Assembly (NCBI RefSeq): GCF_009914755.1
Contig: NC_060930.1
Strand: one strand, 5' to 3'
Origin: the human T2T-CHM13v2.0 reference genome, Homo sapiens
Length of the DNA: 64,000 bases
Under the pieces are notes generated by a model. That model was not told the DNA's origin. It worked only from the letters and a program-made list of their open reading frames with translations, and did no database searches. Numbering within the stretch: the stretch's first letter is position 1; the number at the start of each line of letters is the position of its first letter. Made by a program: the position numbers and the translations under genes. Below, piece by piece: positions 18,483-40,171 of the stretch.

Positions 18483-19235
18483 CTGAGGGCAAGGAGACAG
18501 GAGAGTCAACAGAGCTGCTTCTTAGGACTGGCTAATTCAGTGAAGTGATAAATGAGTGGTCGACAATGTAGCAAATACCATTTCCCCTTTCTCATTTCAT
18601 CAAGAGACACACACAGTGTGTCTTGGTGAAGCTTAGTCTACCCAGTCTGAAAGTTTAGGAGCAACCATATTTCTAAATTAAACTTGTAATTACTGATATT
18701 TGTATCAATAAGACAGTTTAGTAGGTAACAAACCAGAAACACAGGTTTATTCTAAGCCTACTATGTGACAGAAGTTTCCTCACCTATAATACAAAGTCAA
18801 GAGATGCTGAATTATTTAATAAAGTTATCAAATGCCACAAATTTAATATCAAATATATAAACATCTGTAACTGCATCTTGGCTTCAGATGCTTGGGCCAA
18901 AAAGCCAACTAAATGGCTATTTCTCCAATGATATACAAAGATTAAATGAATACAGATGCTCCTTCTTCTTTAAGAGTCCTAATCTCATTCACAAATATAT
19001 CTGAATAAAAATGGTAAATCCAAAGACAACAACATCAATAACTATCTTAGCTATATCCCTTACTGGAAATAATAAATGTAAAGTGTGAAAGAATCAATAG
19101 TCTACTATAACTTCACAAATCAAATTACTTAATAACCTCCCCTGAAATATTAGGAGGTCAATTTTGGGAGGCCTAATTCCCCGTTCCACCCCAATTTACC
19201 AAGCTCTTTCCCAGAGTAATTTCATATTAAAATAA

Positions 19236-20095
<860 letters not shown>

Positions 20096-20567
20096 AAATC
20101 CTTTATTCCTACTTCTGTAACATAATAGCCTATATTCAAATCTAGAGATTTCCTAAAATGCTTCTTTTCTAACACTGGCTGATCTACTTTAGATCAACAA
20201 CTTGTAGAGAGACTAAAAATCACTCGTTCTGTTATACTCATTCCATGCCCAATAAAACAACTATTACCTTCCAAATAAAAATTCAAATCTAACTTATTCT
20301 ACTTTTGAACTACATGATCTCAATGAAGCTCTAAAATTCTATGATTCTATGACCTGGTAATATCACTCTCAATATCAGTATAGTCCAGAAACCAGCTTCA
20401 AATCTAATTCCTGCAGTTAATAATTTAATTGAATTACCCCTAGCCCAGGCCTGAGAAATGAGAAAAACTGAAGAATGAACAGAAATGGTGTAGACACTAG
20501 GGGCCGAAATGTCCCCTGGACATTTATGCTCTAAAGCGTTCTACCCTTTTCTTCTCTTTTTTCGATT

Positions 20568-20624
20568 TGCTAAATCTTCTCTGTATTGTTCCAATTTTAG
20601 TATATGTGCTGCCGAAGTGAGTAC
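20568..20624 (-). pseudogene. 3'-truncated U6 snRNA retrocopy (about nt 1-56)
   Basis: Reverse complement GTACTCACTTCGGCAGCACATATACTAAAATTGGAACAATACAGAGAAGATTTAGCA versus the U6 5' end: 3 substitutions and 1 insertion. Confidence 0.93.
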
Positions 20625-20953
20625 TCACTACTCTTTTTTAACTCACCAGTATTAATACCATCTTGATGTGTTCCCCTTGCAGACACAGAATGGGGTCTAA
20701 GAAACTTGGGCCAAACTAGAAAGGGCCTAACTCTTGAGTCAGCTCCTCCAAACAAGGGCTAGAGTTGGAGTGGCTTGGTAGAGCTCGCATATGGCATTTT
20801 AGTTTATGTCCCACACTCATAAATGCTGATAATTCCTTCTGTTAGACTTACTTTTAGAATGCTCTAGATAAAATTAACTTGTAGCAAATTGAAAGTTCAT
20901 TCTGAATTGGAAAACATTTAAAAAATAAATTCAAATTTAAACTTTTTCAAATA

Positions 20954-21282
20954 CAGTCATGCTTCACTTAAGGATGGGGATACATTCTGAGAGATGTGTC
21001 ATCAGGTATTCTCATCACTGTGGGAACATCTTAGAATGTTCTTACACAAATCTAGGTGGAACAGCCTACTATAACCTCGGCTAAGTGGTATAGCATATTG
21101 CTCCTAGGCTATAAATCTGTATAGCATGTTATTGTACTGAATATTGTAGGCAACTGTAACACAATGGTAAGTACTTGTGTATCTAAACATTGAGAAGGTA
21201 AAGATATGGAATTATAATCTCACGGGACCACTGTCCTATGTGCAATCTGCTGTTAAACAAAATGTTATGCAGCATATGACTG
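20954..21282 (+). mobile_element. Tigger3a (MER7A-type) MITE
   Basis: TA|CAGTCATG...ATGACTG|TA; homologous to the ends of 61185-62671. Confidence 0.85.
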
Positions 21283-21818
21283 TACATGCATACTAGAGAG
21301 GTTCTACAGGGAGTCTGAGGCTTAAGATATTTTTACTGAATTCGCTGAGGGTGGTGACGCACACCTATAAGTCCCAGCTACTCGAGAGGCTGAGGTGGGA
21401 GGATTGCTTGAACCTAGGAGTTCCAGGCTGCAGTGAGTTGTTATTGCGGCACTGTAATCTAGCCTGGGTGACAGAGTGAGACCGTCTCAAAAAAAAAAAG
21501 ATATTTTTACTGGAGTAAAAATTGATATTTCTAAGGAGGTTAAGAGTTCTAAAAAGTTTGCATTTCTAAATATTTAAAACTCTGCCCAAGAAATTTAGAC
21601 TAATAACACTTTTCATAAAAAAAAAAAAAGATTTGCTGAGCAAAGTAAATTTCTCATGTATTGTGGAATGTCTCAAGTATAGAGATTTATTGTCCTAGTA
21701 GCTCACAACTTAGTTAACAGATTTTTTTTGTCTGAAGTTTATTGTTGGAAGTATCATCTTCCTCCCTTAAGGAGAGTACATTTAGTGGGGGAGGAAATTA
21801 TCAGTACATTTGTTGTGG

Positions 21819-21860
21819 CTTTTGGTTGATCAAGTTTGAATGTTTTCAAAACAGGAAATC
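21819..21860 (+). repeat. 42-bp exact direct repeat, copy 1
   Basis: CTTTTGGTTGATCAAGTTTGAATGTTTTCAAAACAGGAAATC, identical to 23917-23958. Confidence 0.95.
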
Positions 21861-23155
21861 CAGAGACTCTGCAAGGATTCCTGCCTGTGCGTTAGTTTCC
21901 TAGGCTGTTTTTCAGCTTGATGTATGTACTTGATATTAAAATTAAATGAGTAATTTCAGAAGTTCTCTTTAGATGTGATAACCCATCATTAGTGAGGGAA
22001 AAAGATTGGCTACTAATAAACATGTTGGGAAAGATAAATGAAGTAACCATGCCAAAAAAAAGTCAAACTGTAACAAAGGCATAATTAAGAAAGCAAAACA
22101 TTCATTGTAGCTAGTCTTCTCAGAGAGACAATAAATGACAGAACTAGTGTCTGATGCTGTAATAGGACAGTAAACATTTGTGATAGCTCTTATAAATATT
22201 TTCTACTTTACATGTGGACTAATCTTTTTTTTCCTGGTAAATCTAACCCTTCACAATTGGACCCTGCAGTACTATAAAATCTTAAACGGATATACATCCA
22301 GACATATACACCCCAGTTTATATAAAAAACCAAAACCATCGCCTTGTAATACTGACAACATTCGGAATGTCAGAGTAAAAGGAGGTATCACAGCCTCATG
22401 GTGAATACAGCCCATTGATTCTCTACATCTACAAGTAGCAAAGGGCATTGCTGGGTTAACTGGTTTCTAAACTTGGAACACTGATGTGAAAAGTTCTACG
22501 AGACTGCTGACAAGAACTCACACACCACTTGGAGCCACGGAAAGACTGCTGATTGCCACAGTAGGGGCCCTGATTGCGGTAACAGATGCAGATGAGCCTA
22601 GCTCCTATAGCTCCACTTATTCTTTTTAATGTTATCTTAAAAATTCCTACCAAAACAAAACAGAACAAAAACCATGGCAGCTCTGGCTGTGGAAGCCCTG
22701 TGGTTGCTTTTTGACCTGGCATCTTTTAGTGCAAATACTAACTTAATAAATATTTAATAATAACCATCGTGACTCACTGGGAGTGCAGCCTGTAGGGCTC
22801 AGGAGGTCTGTTGCTAATCCCAACCAGCATGATTTACGGGAAGTAAATCATCTATGACATGCCCAAAGAGAATAAAAGTACATACAGGATGCTTCTACTT
22901 AGGGCTTTTTTGGTAGAGAAAGAAATAAACAAGTTAAAAAGAGACAACATTTTTTTCTTGACTTAAAGACTATGTAACTTAAAGGGGGAGGGAGGTCCTC
23001 CAAATCCCCACAAAGTCAAACCAAACCAAATTACCCAAGCTTAGCTGCGCAATCGGAGTGTAACCACATCAAGCGAGCTGCAAAACATCACTTAAACTGG
23101 AGCTCTGACTTATTGTTCTCTTACTGCCCTAGAGCAATTTTGTTTTGAAGAGCAC

Positions 23156-23170
23156 AGAACACCCTGTTCT
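23156..23170. promoter_or_regulatory. Perfect palindromic GRE/ARE/PRE, intron 5 enhancer
   Basis: AGAACA ccc TGTTCT (AGAACAgggTGTTCT on the minus strand, the known FKBP5 GR-binding sequence). Nearby: extra half-sites, AP-1 TGACTCA at 22770-22776, C/EBP-like CTGCGCAAT at 23045-23053. Confidence 0.95.
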
Positions 23171-23916
23171 GAATGTGGCTGGCACATGAACTCGATGTGC
23201 TGACAGCAATTTGTACTCCGATTAAAATAGGGGGGAAAAAAGGAAAGAGAGTGCACAGCAGTAACAAAAATGAAATGCAAGAACCCCTAAACCATGCAAT
23301 TTGTATTTTAGGAAGCAAAACTGAGAAAGAGGCTCCATAACTTAAAAAACAAAAAACAAAAAGCTGTAAATGCTCCAGCCTAAAGACATTAGCTCTGGTA
23401 AGTGTCTATTTTTCCCTTTTCTAATTATAGTAGTTGGTGTCTGATAGCTTTGCACTCATTCTCAAAACAATTACTGGGTCATGAGGATCTGAATGGGAAT
23501 GTTGTAATGGCATTACTACTCGACAAGACTGGTTATCTGGCCAGAGAAAACCAGGTTGTGACAGGTTACTCCCACTGAGCAAGAGTTTTCTCTGTTGCCT
23601 AATTCATGCCAAGTGAGCTTCTTTCTGCCTGTGTCTCCTGCCTAATAGAGCACAGTATCCAAGAGAGTAGGATCTTAATAACCCCCTGAAAAAGCAAGCA
23701 GAAATGGCTTTCTAAAAGCAGGAGAACAAGAGAAATACTTCCAACACGCATGGTGGTCAGATTTCCCCTAAGCTGTCCGCCTTCCTCCTCTGCACTGTTT
23801 TGTACTACTTAGGATGAACACACACCACTGTAAGATTGCTTACAGAACTGACGGACAGATGCTAACAGGCGTGGAACCTGGCTCCTGGAACTGAATAACA
23901 TTTATGCAAATGATTT

Positions 23917-23958
23917 CTTTTGGTTGATCAAGTTTGAATGTTTTCAAAACAGGAAATC
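23917..23958 (+). repeat. 42-bp exact direct repeat, copy 2
   Basis: Identical to 21819-21860. Confidence 0.95.
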
Positions 23959-25062
23959 TAAACAAGAAGTATACACCCAGCAACAAATTCTCCATGAACA
24001 CCAACCCTTACCAGTCTTCCCTTCACACCACTATAGCACTTGAGTTAGACCTGGATTCCAGTCCCATTCTGCCACTTCAATTATGACTTTGGGCAAGGTA
24101 ATTAAAGTGATCTGAAGCTCAGTTTCTTCACTGATAGAATGTGGATAATACACTAGCTAAATGATAATTGTTGAGAGGATTAAATTAGATACTGAATTAG
24201 AGCTTTTAATCTAGCACCTGATATTCATTCATTCATTCATTCATATGTCAGGGTGTCTATCATGTGAAAATGCTGTTGTTAAGTGTGGATATACAGAGAC
24301 AAACTAAAGGAATGTTAGCTATAATTATTTTCCTGTGCCTAGTGGTAAATTATACCAGATTAAACATGTTTTAGAGCTCTGTGTAAGAAAACATTTACTG
24401 GTTCAACACAGAAAGCTGTCAAAGTATGAATAAAATTCTTAGTAGGCAAAGGCAGTATCTTGTACTTCTTTTGTGCCTCACAGTACCCAGCACAGAGTTC
24501 AGGGCCAGCAAGTAAATATTTATTTAATGACTAATCTTAAAATAGGGCATTAAGGACAGGGTGGTAATTTTCACTAATTTATACAAATTTTCCTTTTTGA
24601 ATCTATTAGTATTCCTATTTTAATAAATTCTAGGAAGCTATACAAATTTTATATTGATATGGAAACTTTGTTTTTTAATACTATTCTAAAATAAATGGCC
24701 AATTGGCTGGAATTTTTTTTTTTTTGTAACAACAACAACAGCAGCAGCAGCAACAAAAGACTGTTTTCTTTCTTTTTTTGAGACAGAGTCTCGTTCTGTT
24801 GCCCAGGCTGGAGTGTAGTGGCGTGATCTTGCCTCACTACAACCTTCACTTACTGCAACCATCTGCCTCCCGAGTTCAAGGACTTCTTGTGCCTCAGACT
24901 CCCAAGTAGCTGGGACTACAGGCCCGCACCACCATGCCCAGCTAATTTTTGTGTTTTTAGTAGAGATGGGGTTTCGCCATGTTGGCCAGGCTGGTCTTGA
25001 ACTCCCGACCTCAAGTGATCCTCCAGCCTTGGCCTCCCAGAGTGCTGGGATTACAGGTGTGA

Positions 25063-25362
<300 letters not shown>

Positions 25363-25824
25363 TGAGCCACCATGGCTGGCCAGAAAGACTTATTTTCTAC
25401 TATGATTTTATTCTACCTGAAGACTTGAAGATAACTTTTTGGAAGAAAGAAATTATATAAATCCAAAATATTTGAAAGAATAAACACTGGCCACTTTAGA
25501 CCAAGTACCATATTACATTATTTTGTGAAAACATATAATAAAATGGTTTCAAGAATTTGCTCCTATTCCTAGACTTATATCCCAGGACATTCATAAATAC
25601 TTCAAAAGCATATGAAAAACAAAAATGTAAAGTCTCACAGCTCCATCAGATCTCAATATGGGCAGACGTAATCTTTCCTCTATTTTCAATTTTTGGTACC
25701 TTTTTGATTTTAGTGTTTCATTTATAAAGAACACATAGCTAGATACTGTTGTTGTTCTCACTTTATGAGACCTTTTGCCTTTAATAGGTGACTTTATCCC
25801 ATTCATATTTTTTGTAATCACTGA

Positions 25825-26037
<213 letters not shown>

Positions 26038-26349
26038 TAGTAGAGATGGGGTTTCACCATGTTAGCCAGGATGGTCTCGATTCCTGACCTCGTGATCCAC
26101 GTGCCTCGGCCTCCCAAAGTGCTGGGATTACAGGCGTGAGCCACCGTGCCCGGCCCGTGTTTTCTTATTTTTTAAAACAATTTTTGCTCAATTGATGAAG
26201 TTTTCCTTGTTCCTCTATTTCCCCACTCCACATGGGGTGATTTGGAAATTCTACATGCTATTCTTACTAGTACTTTCCATTAAAGTCTGAACAAATCATT
26301 TAAAGATATATATATATACCTCTTTATCAATGTTCAGAATCAATCAGCA

Positions 26350-29440
<3,091 letters not shown>

Positions 29441-31451
29441 AGAATTAATCAGCATAATCTCCCCTGGAACAAGAAATTAAGGCAGCTGGTTGTGGTAGTA
29501 CACGAGCCTGTAATCTCAACTACTTGGGAGGCTGAAGCAGGCTGATCGCTTATGCCCTGGAGTTCAAGACCAGCTTGAGCAATATAGCAAGACCCCGTCT
29601 CTAAAAGGATAAAAAAAGTTAGCTGGGTGTGCACCTGCAGTTCCAGCTACTCCGGTGGCTGAGGTGGGAGGATGGCTTGAGGGCAGGAATTTGAGGCTGC
29701 AGTGAGCCACAACTGTGCCACTGCATGCCAGCCTGGGCAACAGAGCAAGACCTCATCTCCAAAAAATGTTTTAAAAAAGAAAATAATCTTAGACAATTTT
29801 GCCTTCCCCTCTTCATTTCCTATCCTCACCACCTTTTGTTAAAATAACCCAGAATCCAGACTGTTATTATTGTTTTATTATTATTATTATTATTTTGACA
29901 CAGAGTCTCCCTCTGTCACCTAGGCAGTGGTACAATCTTGGCTCACTGCCACCTCTGTCTCCTGGGTTCAAGTGATTCTCCTGCCTCAGCCTCTTGAGTA
30001 GCTGGGATTATAGGCATGTGCCATCATGCCTGGCTAAATCTTGTATTTTTACTAGAGATGGGGTTTTGCCATGTTGGCCAGGCTGGTCTTGAACTCCTGG
30101 CCTCAAGTGACGCCCTCCCAAAGTGTAGGGATTACAGGTGTGGGCCACTGTGCCCAGGCCAGACTGTTTCATTATTAATATTACTTCTAACATTACAGCT
30201 CTACTGCTTCAGAGATCTTTCAGGATAAATGTATCCAATATGGAAATTATTTTTTTTTTCTCGCTACTGTTTCTTATGCCTTGAGTTGTTGCTTCTTGAC
30301 TTATTTTTTTGTTTTGGTACATCCCACAGTATTTTTTTCGAAAAGAATATGAGTCTGCAAATTCCAAAAAGTTAATTTTGTTCTCATACATAAATGACAG
30401 TTGGGCTGAGTACGGAATTCTAGGTTCAAAATACACATAGCTATAGACAATGATCAAAAGCATTGTCTTTAGTGTAATGAATAAGATTCTTATTCCTTTG
30501 TACATAGCTTGTTCTTCCCTGGAAGAGTTCAGAATTTTCTTGTAAGCTGCAGAATTCAGAAATTTCACCAGGATATATCTGGGTGAAAAACCACTCCTTC
30601 CTCCTGGGTACCACTATCAACTGGCCCTTTCGATCTTAAGAATCTTTTTCTTTTATTCCCTGTAGGAAATTTTCTATTAGATGTTTGATTGGATGCATAT
30701 TACCTCTCCTGGATTTATTATCCATATCTTCTAATTTCTTTTTCACTTTTCATCCCTCTTTTTTCTTGTGTTCTGAGAAATCCTTGGCTATCTTTCAGAT
30801 CACCTGATTTCAGGGACTGTCCATTTTGCTCTTCAACCCTTCCTCTGAGTTTCAGTTTTGATTAATCATGCTCTAACTTCCAGAAACTTTCTTGTCCTCC
30901 CTTTCCTTTTTCAGGGAAGTTGGCTTTTTGACTTATGAATCTGATGTCCTGTTAACAATTTCTGAAGACAATAATTAGTATTTTTAAGGTTCTCTTCTAC
31001 TTCTTCTGTTAGTCCATTTTAGTGCTGCTTTTTTCGTGATATTTGCTGATGATTCTTTGCTGTCTGGCCGTATTATAAAGGAAGGATTCTGGATGATCAA
31101 ATGACTATAGTTAGCTGGCACCATTTTTCTAAGCAGTTGGATATGTTTCCATGGCAGGCCTTTCTGCAAAAGGATGGGCTGATTGCGGGGATCTAAGGGT
31201 GAAGATTTCACAAATATTTATTAAGCATTTACTATGAGCTGGGCATGATGGGCACAGGAAAGTTGACTTTAGGAGCAGAACACTTTAGTATTATTTACTG
31301 TGAAAAGCTGTCTTTACACTTTTTTCCCCTTTAAATTTGTTTTAAAAGTTCAAAAAAGGCCGGGCGTGGTGGTTCACACCTATAATCTCAGCACTTTGGG
31401 AGGCTGAGGCAGGTGGATCACGAGGTCAGGAGATCGAGACCATCCTGGCTA

Positions 31452-31682
<231 letters not shown>

Positions 31683-31829
31683 TCATTTTCCCTAGTCGAA
31701 GTCCTAACACTTGGAGTCTTTTGAGGCACATTTTGTTTTATTATTTATTTTTAAATTTATTTTATTATTTTTCTATTTTATTTTAGAACCTGGCCTTACT
31801 GGTTTTAGCTTGGGAGAAAAAGTCACAGT

Positions 31830-32015
31830 CAGACCGTAGTCTAGTAGTTTTCAGTCCTTGCCTGCAAACTAGAATAATCTGGGAGTTTAAAAAAAAATAC
31901 TTGTGCCTGGAGTTCCATCTTCTGAGATGTGAGATTCTTATTTAACTGGTCTGGGTGTCAGAATTTTTAAAAGCTCCCTAGGTAATTCTAAATTCAGGAA
32001 AAGTTGAGAACTACT
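31830..32015. mobile_element. MER5-type MITE next to the second intron 5 GRE
   Basis: AAGCTCCCTAGGTAATTCTAA...GTTGAGAACTACTG. Confidence 0.55.
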
Positions 32016-32145
32016 GCACTGGAGGTTTACTGGCCCCGCTGTTCCATCTTGTTTTATAACAACCCTGATGATTGCTGCATAGCCTGCTTGGGCTCCCTCA
32101 CACCAGATGACCATGAGCTTGGAGTTCCGCCTAAGCCTGTTGAGA

Positions 32146-32160
32146 AGAACAGTGTGTACC
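32146..32160. promoter_or_regulatory. Consensus GRE/ARE, second intron 5 enhancer
   Basis: AGAACA gtg TGTACC (GGTACAcacTGTTCT), a full consensus match. Confidence 0.9.
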
Positions 32161-32406
32161 TCTGCTTAAGTCCTCTTTACACCTGTCTCGGGTTGGATTT
32201 GCTGAGACTAGTTTCCATTGGTTCAACTTCATCAACTTTACATATTCCAGAAATTCTCCATAATTTCTGATCCACTCTTACATTCCTCTCCTTTCCAGCG
32301 CTATTATTGATCTCTTCTTCTTCTTTTGAAAATCTTTGTTCCCTCCATCTATCATTTCAGTGAGATTTGGAGAGGGAAAGGAGGTACGCCAACAACTGGA
32401 ACCTGT

Positions 32407-32421
32407 AGAACACTCTGTTGA
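32407..32421. promoter_or_regulatory. Companion GRE/ARE-like site
   Basis: AGAACA ctc TGTTGA, about 250 bp from the consensus site. Confidence 0.6.
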
Positions 32422-33605
32422 AAATTTCACATTTAAAAATACTGCTGACTGTCTGCATTCTTTGCATTCAAATGTGGCTGAAAGTACTGAGAGGCGAGAG
32501 AACCACATACAGCCAGCATTTTGATGGGCCTCTTCCAACCACTAAAGTTGACAAATCAGACGATGTGAGAGACTGGGGGATGGGGGAAGAGTAACTGGTA
32601 GCTATTTAGAACCTTATGTAAGTCAGATTTGATTTTCTAAGAAAGCAAAGCTGAAAAGTAGCAATGTAGCCACGACCTGCAATTAAACTTAAAGACTGAA
32701 GTATCAGTCATCATAATCATATCAATTAGAGTACCTTAGAACACAGTAACTTTTTAAATGAAAGAAAAACTTTGAATAAAAATTACAAGATGGTCATCTT
32801 AACTGACACAAGAAAAAGCGTAGGGGGACAGATTCTAAAAACTGATTTGTAACCATTAGGATCCTCATATAAAGAGTAAAAATCAAAATTTCCTTGAGAA
32901 AGAATAAATCCCATCAAACTAACCTAAGTTTTCTCTTCCACACAGAGACAAATTATGAAAAGGAAGTAAAAGTTTACAATTCAGTAAAAACCTTTTTGAG
33001 TCCATAATGTTATTCTTTCCCCGGAACCTTGAGAAATGTGATTTAGATAAGATTACTATTAAGATATATCATTAATTTGAAGACTGTTATTAGAGACAAT
33101 TTTAGGTCTCTAATAACCATGGTAGGTAGAGCCAAGAGGATTTGCTGATGGATGACATGTAGGAGATAAGAAAAAGAGGAGTCAGCCAGGCACAGTGGCT
33201 CACGCCTGTAATCCCAGCACTTAGGGAGGCCAAGGTAGGTGGATCACCTGAGGTCAGGAGTTCAAGACCAGTCTGGCTAACATGACGAAACCCCGTCTTT
33301 GCTAAAAATACAAAAATTAGCTGGGTGTGGTGGCACGTGCCTGTAGTCCTAGCTACTTGGGAGGATGAGGTGGGAGAATCACCTGAACCCGGAAGGCAGC
33401 AGTTGCAGTGAGCTAAGATGCGCCATTGCACTCCAGCCTGGCCCACTGCACTCCAGCTTGGGCAACAGAAAAAGAAAAAGAGGAGTCAAGGATCTTTTTC
33501 CTTAGATCAATTAAAAGGAAGCAAAACAAATTAGTGAAACACAATATATAGGGTAGAAGAAATTAAGTGTCCACTAAATGTCTGACACTCTTCTTCGTAA
33601 CTGTT

Positions 33606-33980
33606 TGTATTAGTCCATTCTCACGCTGCCATGAAGAACTGCCTGAGACTGGGTAATTTATAAAGAAAAGAGGTTTAATTGACTTACAGTTTCACATGGC
33701 TGGGGAAGCCTCAGGAAACTTACAATCATGGCAGAAGGGGAAGCAAACACACCCTTCTTCACATGGCGGCAGAAGAGGGAAGAGCCAGCAGGGTTTCCCT
33801 GCCAGACCCTTATAAAACCATCAGATCTCGTGACAACTCACTCTATCATGAGAACAGCATGGGAGAAAATGCCCCCCCGATTCAGTTACCTCCCAGTGGG
33901 TCCTTCCCACGACACGTGGGGATTGTGGGAACTACAATTCAAGACGAGATTTGGGTAGGCACACAGCCAAACCGTTATCA
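33606..33980 (-). mobile_element. THE1/MST MaLR solo LTR
   Basis: TGTATTAGTCCATTCTCACGCTGC...CACAGCCAAACCGTTATCA; 5-bp TSD CTGTT/CTGTC. Confidence 0.85.
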
Positions 33981-34230
33981 CTGTCACACAACCTGTGGGA
34001 GTGAAAACTATTCCCATTTGACAGATTAAAAAAACTGAATGCTCCACGTAGTTAAGTAACTTGTCTAAAGTCATAAAAGTATCAGGTAGCAATTCCAAGA
34101 TTCAAAAATCAAGTCCATCACTTACAAAGTCTATCTGTCCCCTCCTCCATACCACTTCATTGTCTCTTTACACAGAAATGACAGAAATTTAGTAAATCAC
34201 GTATCTATAACAACATATTGTAATGGGTGA

Positions 34231-34639
<409 letters not shown>

Positions 34640-35289
34640 CTATAAAGAAAAGGCAAACCAGTAAAGACTGAGAAGATTTCAAAAAGAACAAGGTGATCTT
34701 GGTTTTGAACAGGACCACCTTTAGGGTAATCTTTTTTCTCCTCCCCCAGATAGCTAACTTGTTTAAAGGAGGAAAAACCAGGACATTTTAACCTTGATAA
34801 ATGAAAGTATAACACAATAAATTTCTATGAAATAGATTTGTTCCAGAAAACCAAGACGGTCTTTTGAGTGAAAAAGTAAAATCAACCATTTAATCTAAAA
34901 TTTCCCAGGAAAGTACATTCTAACAAGATGAAAGACAAAAGATTAGTCATTGCCCTTTCTTTTGTTCTTTCTCTCTTTTTTTCAAACTGAGACAGAGCCT
35001 TGTTCTGTTGCCCAGGCTGGAGTACAGTGGCATGATCACAACTCTCTGCAGCCTTGAACTCCTGGGCTCAAGAGATCCTCCTACCTCAGTCTTCTGGGTA
35101 GCTGGGACTAGAGGCATGTGCCATCACATGTGGCTAAATGTTAAACTTTTTGCAGAGACAAGGTCTCTATGTTGCTCAGGATGGTCTCAAATTCCTGAGG
35201 TCAAGCCATCCTCCTGCCTCAGCCTCCCAAAGTGCTGGGATTACAGGTGTGAGCCACCACGACTGGCTCCCTTTGTTAACAGAAACAGA

Positions 35290-37680
<2,391 letters not shown>

Positions 37681-39765
37681 TTGACTCCCATCGCAAGTAT
37701 TACCAAAAGCAAGATCTGATTTAATTTAGTCTGCTCTAAAGTCATCTCCACAGCGGTAATTTTGTGATATTGTCTATAATTGGGAAAAGTTTTTCCTCTT
37801 AGTTGACAAAACCCTCCAGTTTAAAAATATATATTATAAATTACTGAATCTAGGGTGTGCCTGTATCCATAGGAGTAAACCTCTACCTTTGTACATACAT
37901 TTGAAATTTTTCATAAGAAAAATTTAAAATACACATTATAGACAAGCTTAAGTGCTTACTAATATAGTGAAGATGATTTTCTATCATTCCTACAACTTTT
38001 GTAAATATTTAGAATTCTATGATGGAGTTTTAGGGCTAGTAGGACCTTAAAAATCAAGAGGTTCAAGCTTGCCTCACTGCATAGGAAGGAAGCTAACGCC
38101 CAGAGGTGAAGTCTAGTTGAAGCCAGCCTGAGGCCAGGGCTGAGGCTGGAACCCTATCTCCCAACTCCTAGTCTGGAGCTATTTCCCTGGTATTCTACAT
38201 TTAAAGCTCTTCATGTATTCAAAAACTTATCCCAAATGGCAATTTGGGATAAATAATATTTGTAACTGCTTCCCAAAACAACAGAATTTAAACTGATTTG
38301 CCAGACTCGTAGAAATGAAATATGGGTTGAAAATAGTATATACTTTAAAAGAAAGAAACTCAGCTATTCTTGTTTTCTGTTTAAATGAACTCTTTACTTT
38401 TTTTTTTTAAGGAGACAAGGTCTCACTATGGTACCTAGGCTAGAGTGCACTGGCTATTCACTGGTGTAACCATAGCACGCTATAGCCTCGAACTCCTGGC
38501 CTCTAGTGATCCTCCTATCTCAGCCTCCCAAGTAGCTGGGACTACAGGTGCACACCATTACACCTGGCTTTTGAAATAATTATTTTAAACAGACCTTTTA
38601 TAATAATAGTTCATGTTCCCATCCTTGTTGAATGATTTGATTTTTGTTCTTAATGGAAGTATTTCTCTGTTTTCTCACAACTCTCTTTTGAAGGATTTCA
38701 GCTCACTAATGACACTTCTCAAGCACTTATCCATGCAGAAAGCCTTTACTGAACACCAAATGTGTGTCACGCACTGCAGGAAATGCTGAACACAAAAGGA
38801 TGAAGAAAGATTCTGGTCCTCAAGCACTCAAAGTATACTGGGAGAAATGGGCAAATACTGATTACAATGTAAAGTGACAAGTAGTATACACAGTGGTACA
38901 TATAATTTGCTCTGGGAGGGAAGAAGAGTTAGCTATCTCAGTCCTCAGAGCTGCCCCTACTCCCACTTAGCAAATGAAGAAACGGAATAGCTTCAGGTTA
39001 CTCAATAAACACCAAAGCAGGACTTGAACCTAGGTCTCCTGATATGGAATAGAATGAACATTATTATCCAATATTGATCTAAATGATGAACTATTTTTTA
39101 ATCTTGATGACAGCTGATGAGATGTATTTGAGTCCTAAAAGGGATTATAATCTACTGCTCTGTTTAGTAACTCTGTAACCCTGGGCAATTTATTTAACAT
39201 CTCTGAATTAACTTTTCTCATCTGGGGACAAGAAATTTTACCTCTTAAGGTTGTGAGAAATAAATGAACAAACATATCAGGCAACTAATATAGTTGTTGG
39301 CACACCAGAGAGTCCACAGATTGAGAATTTCTTGTGGATGGAATTACTTTGTATTCATTTTTGAGTTTGTAGAGGCTGGTAGCATGCCTGACACGTAGAT
39401 GTTGAATTAATATTTACTAAATAAAATTATTAAATAAATGTTGAACCTGAAACTATTTTTTTTTTGGACAGAATCTTGCTGTTGTCCAGGCTGAAGCACA
39501 ATGGCACAATCACGGCTCTCTGCTGTAGCATTCATCTCCAGAGCTCAAGTGATTCTTCCACCTCAGCCTCCCAAGTAGCTGGGACTACAGGGACGTGACA
39601 CCACACTTGACTAATTCTCTTGATGCTTTTTAGTAGAGATGGGGCCTCACTATGCTGTCCTGGCTGGTCTCGAATTCCTAAGCTCAAGAGATCCTCCTGC
39701 CTCGGCCTCCCAAAGTGCTGGAATTACAGGCATGAGCCACTGTGCCCAGCTAAGACTATCTTTGA

Positions 39766-40101
<336 letters not shown>

Positions 40102-40171
40102 TAAGTCTCCATTTCGTCCACATAAATGGCCCAACTTTTAAGGACTAGTTCCCTCTTACTTTAATACTTAC

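Noticed and set aside
24728-24755. (CAA)(CAG) repeat
   Set aside because: Short, intronic and not in a coding frame.
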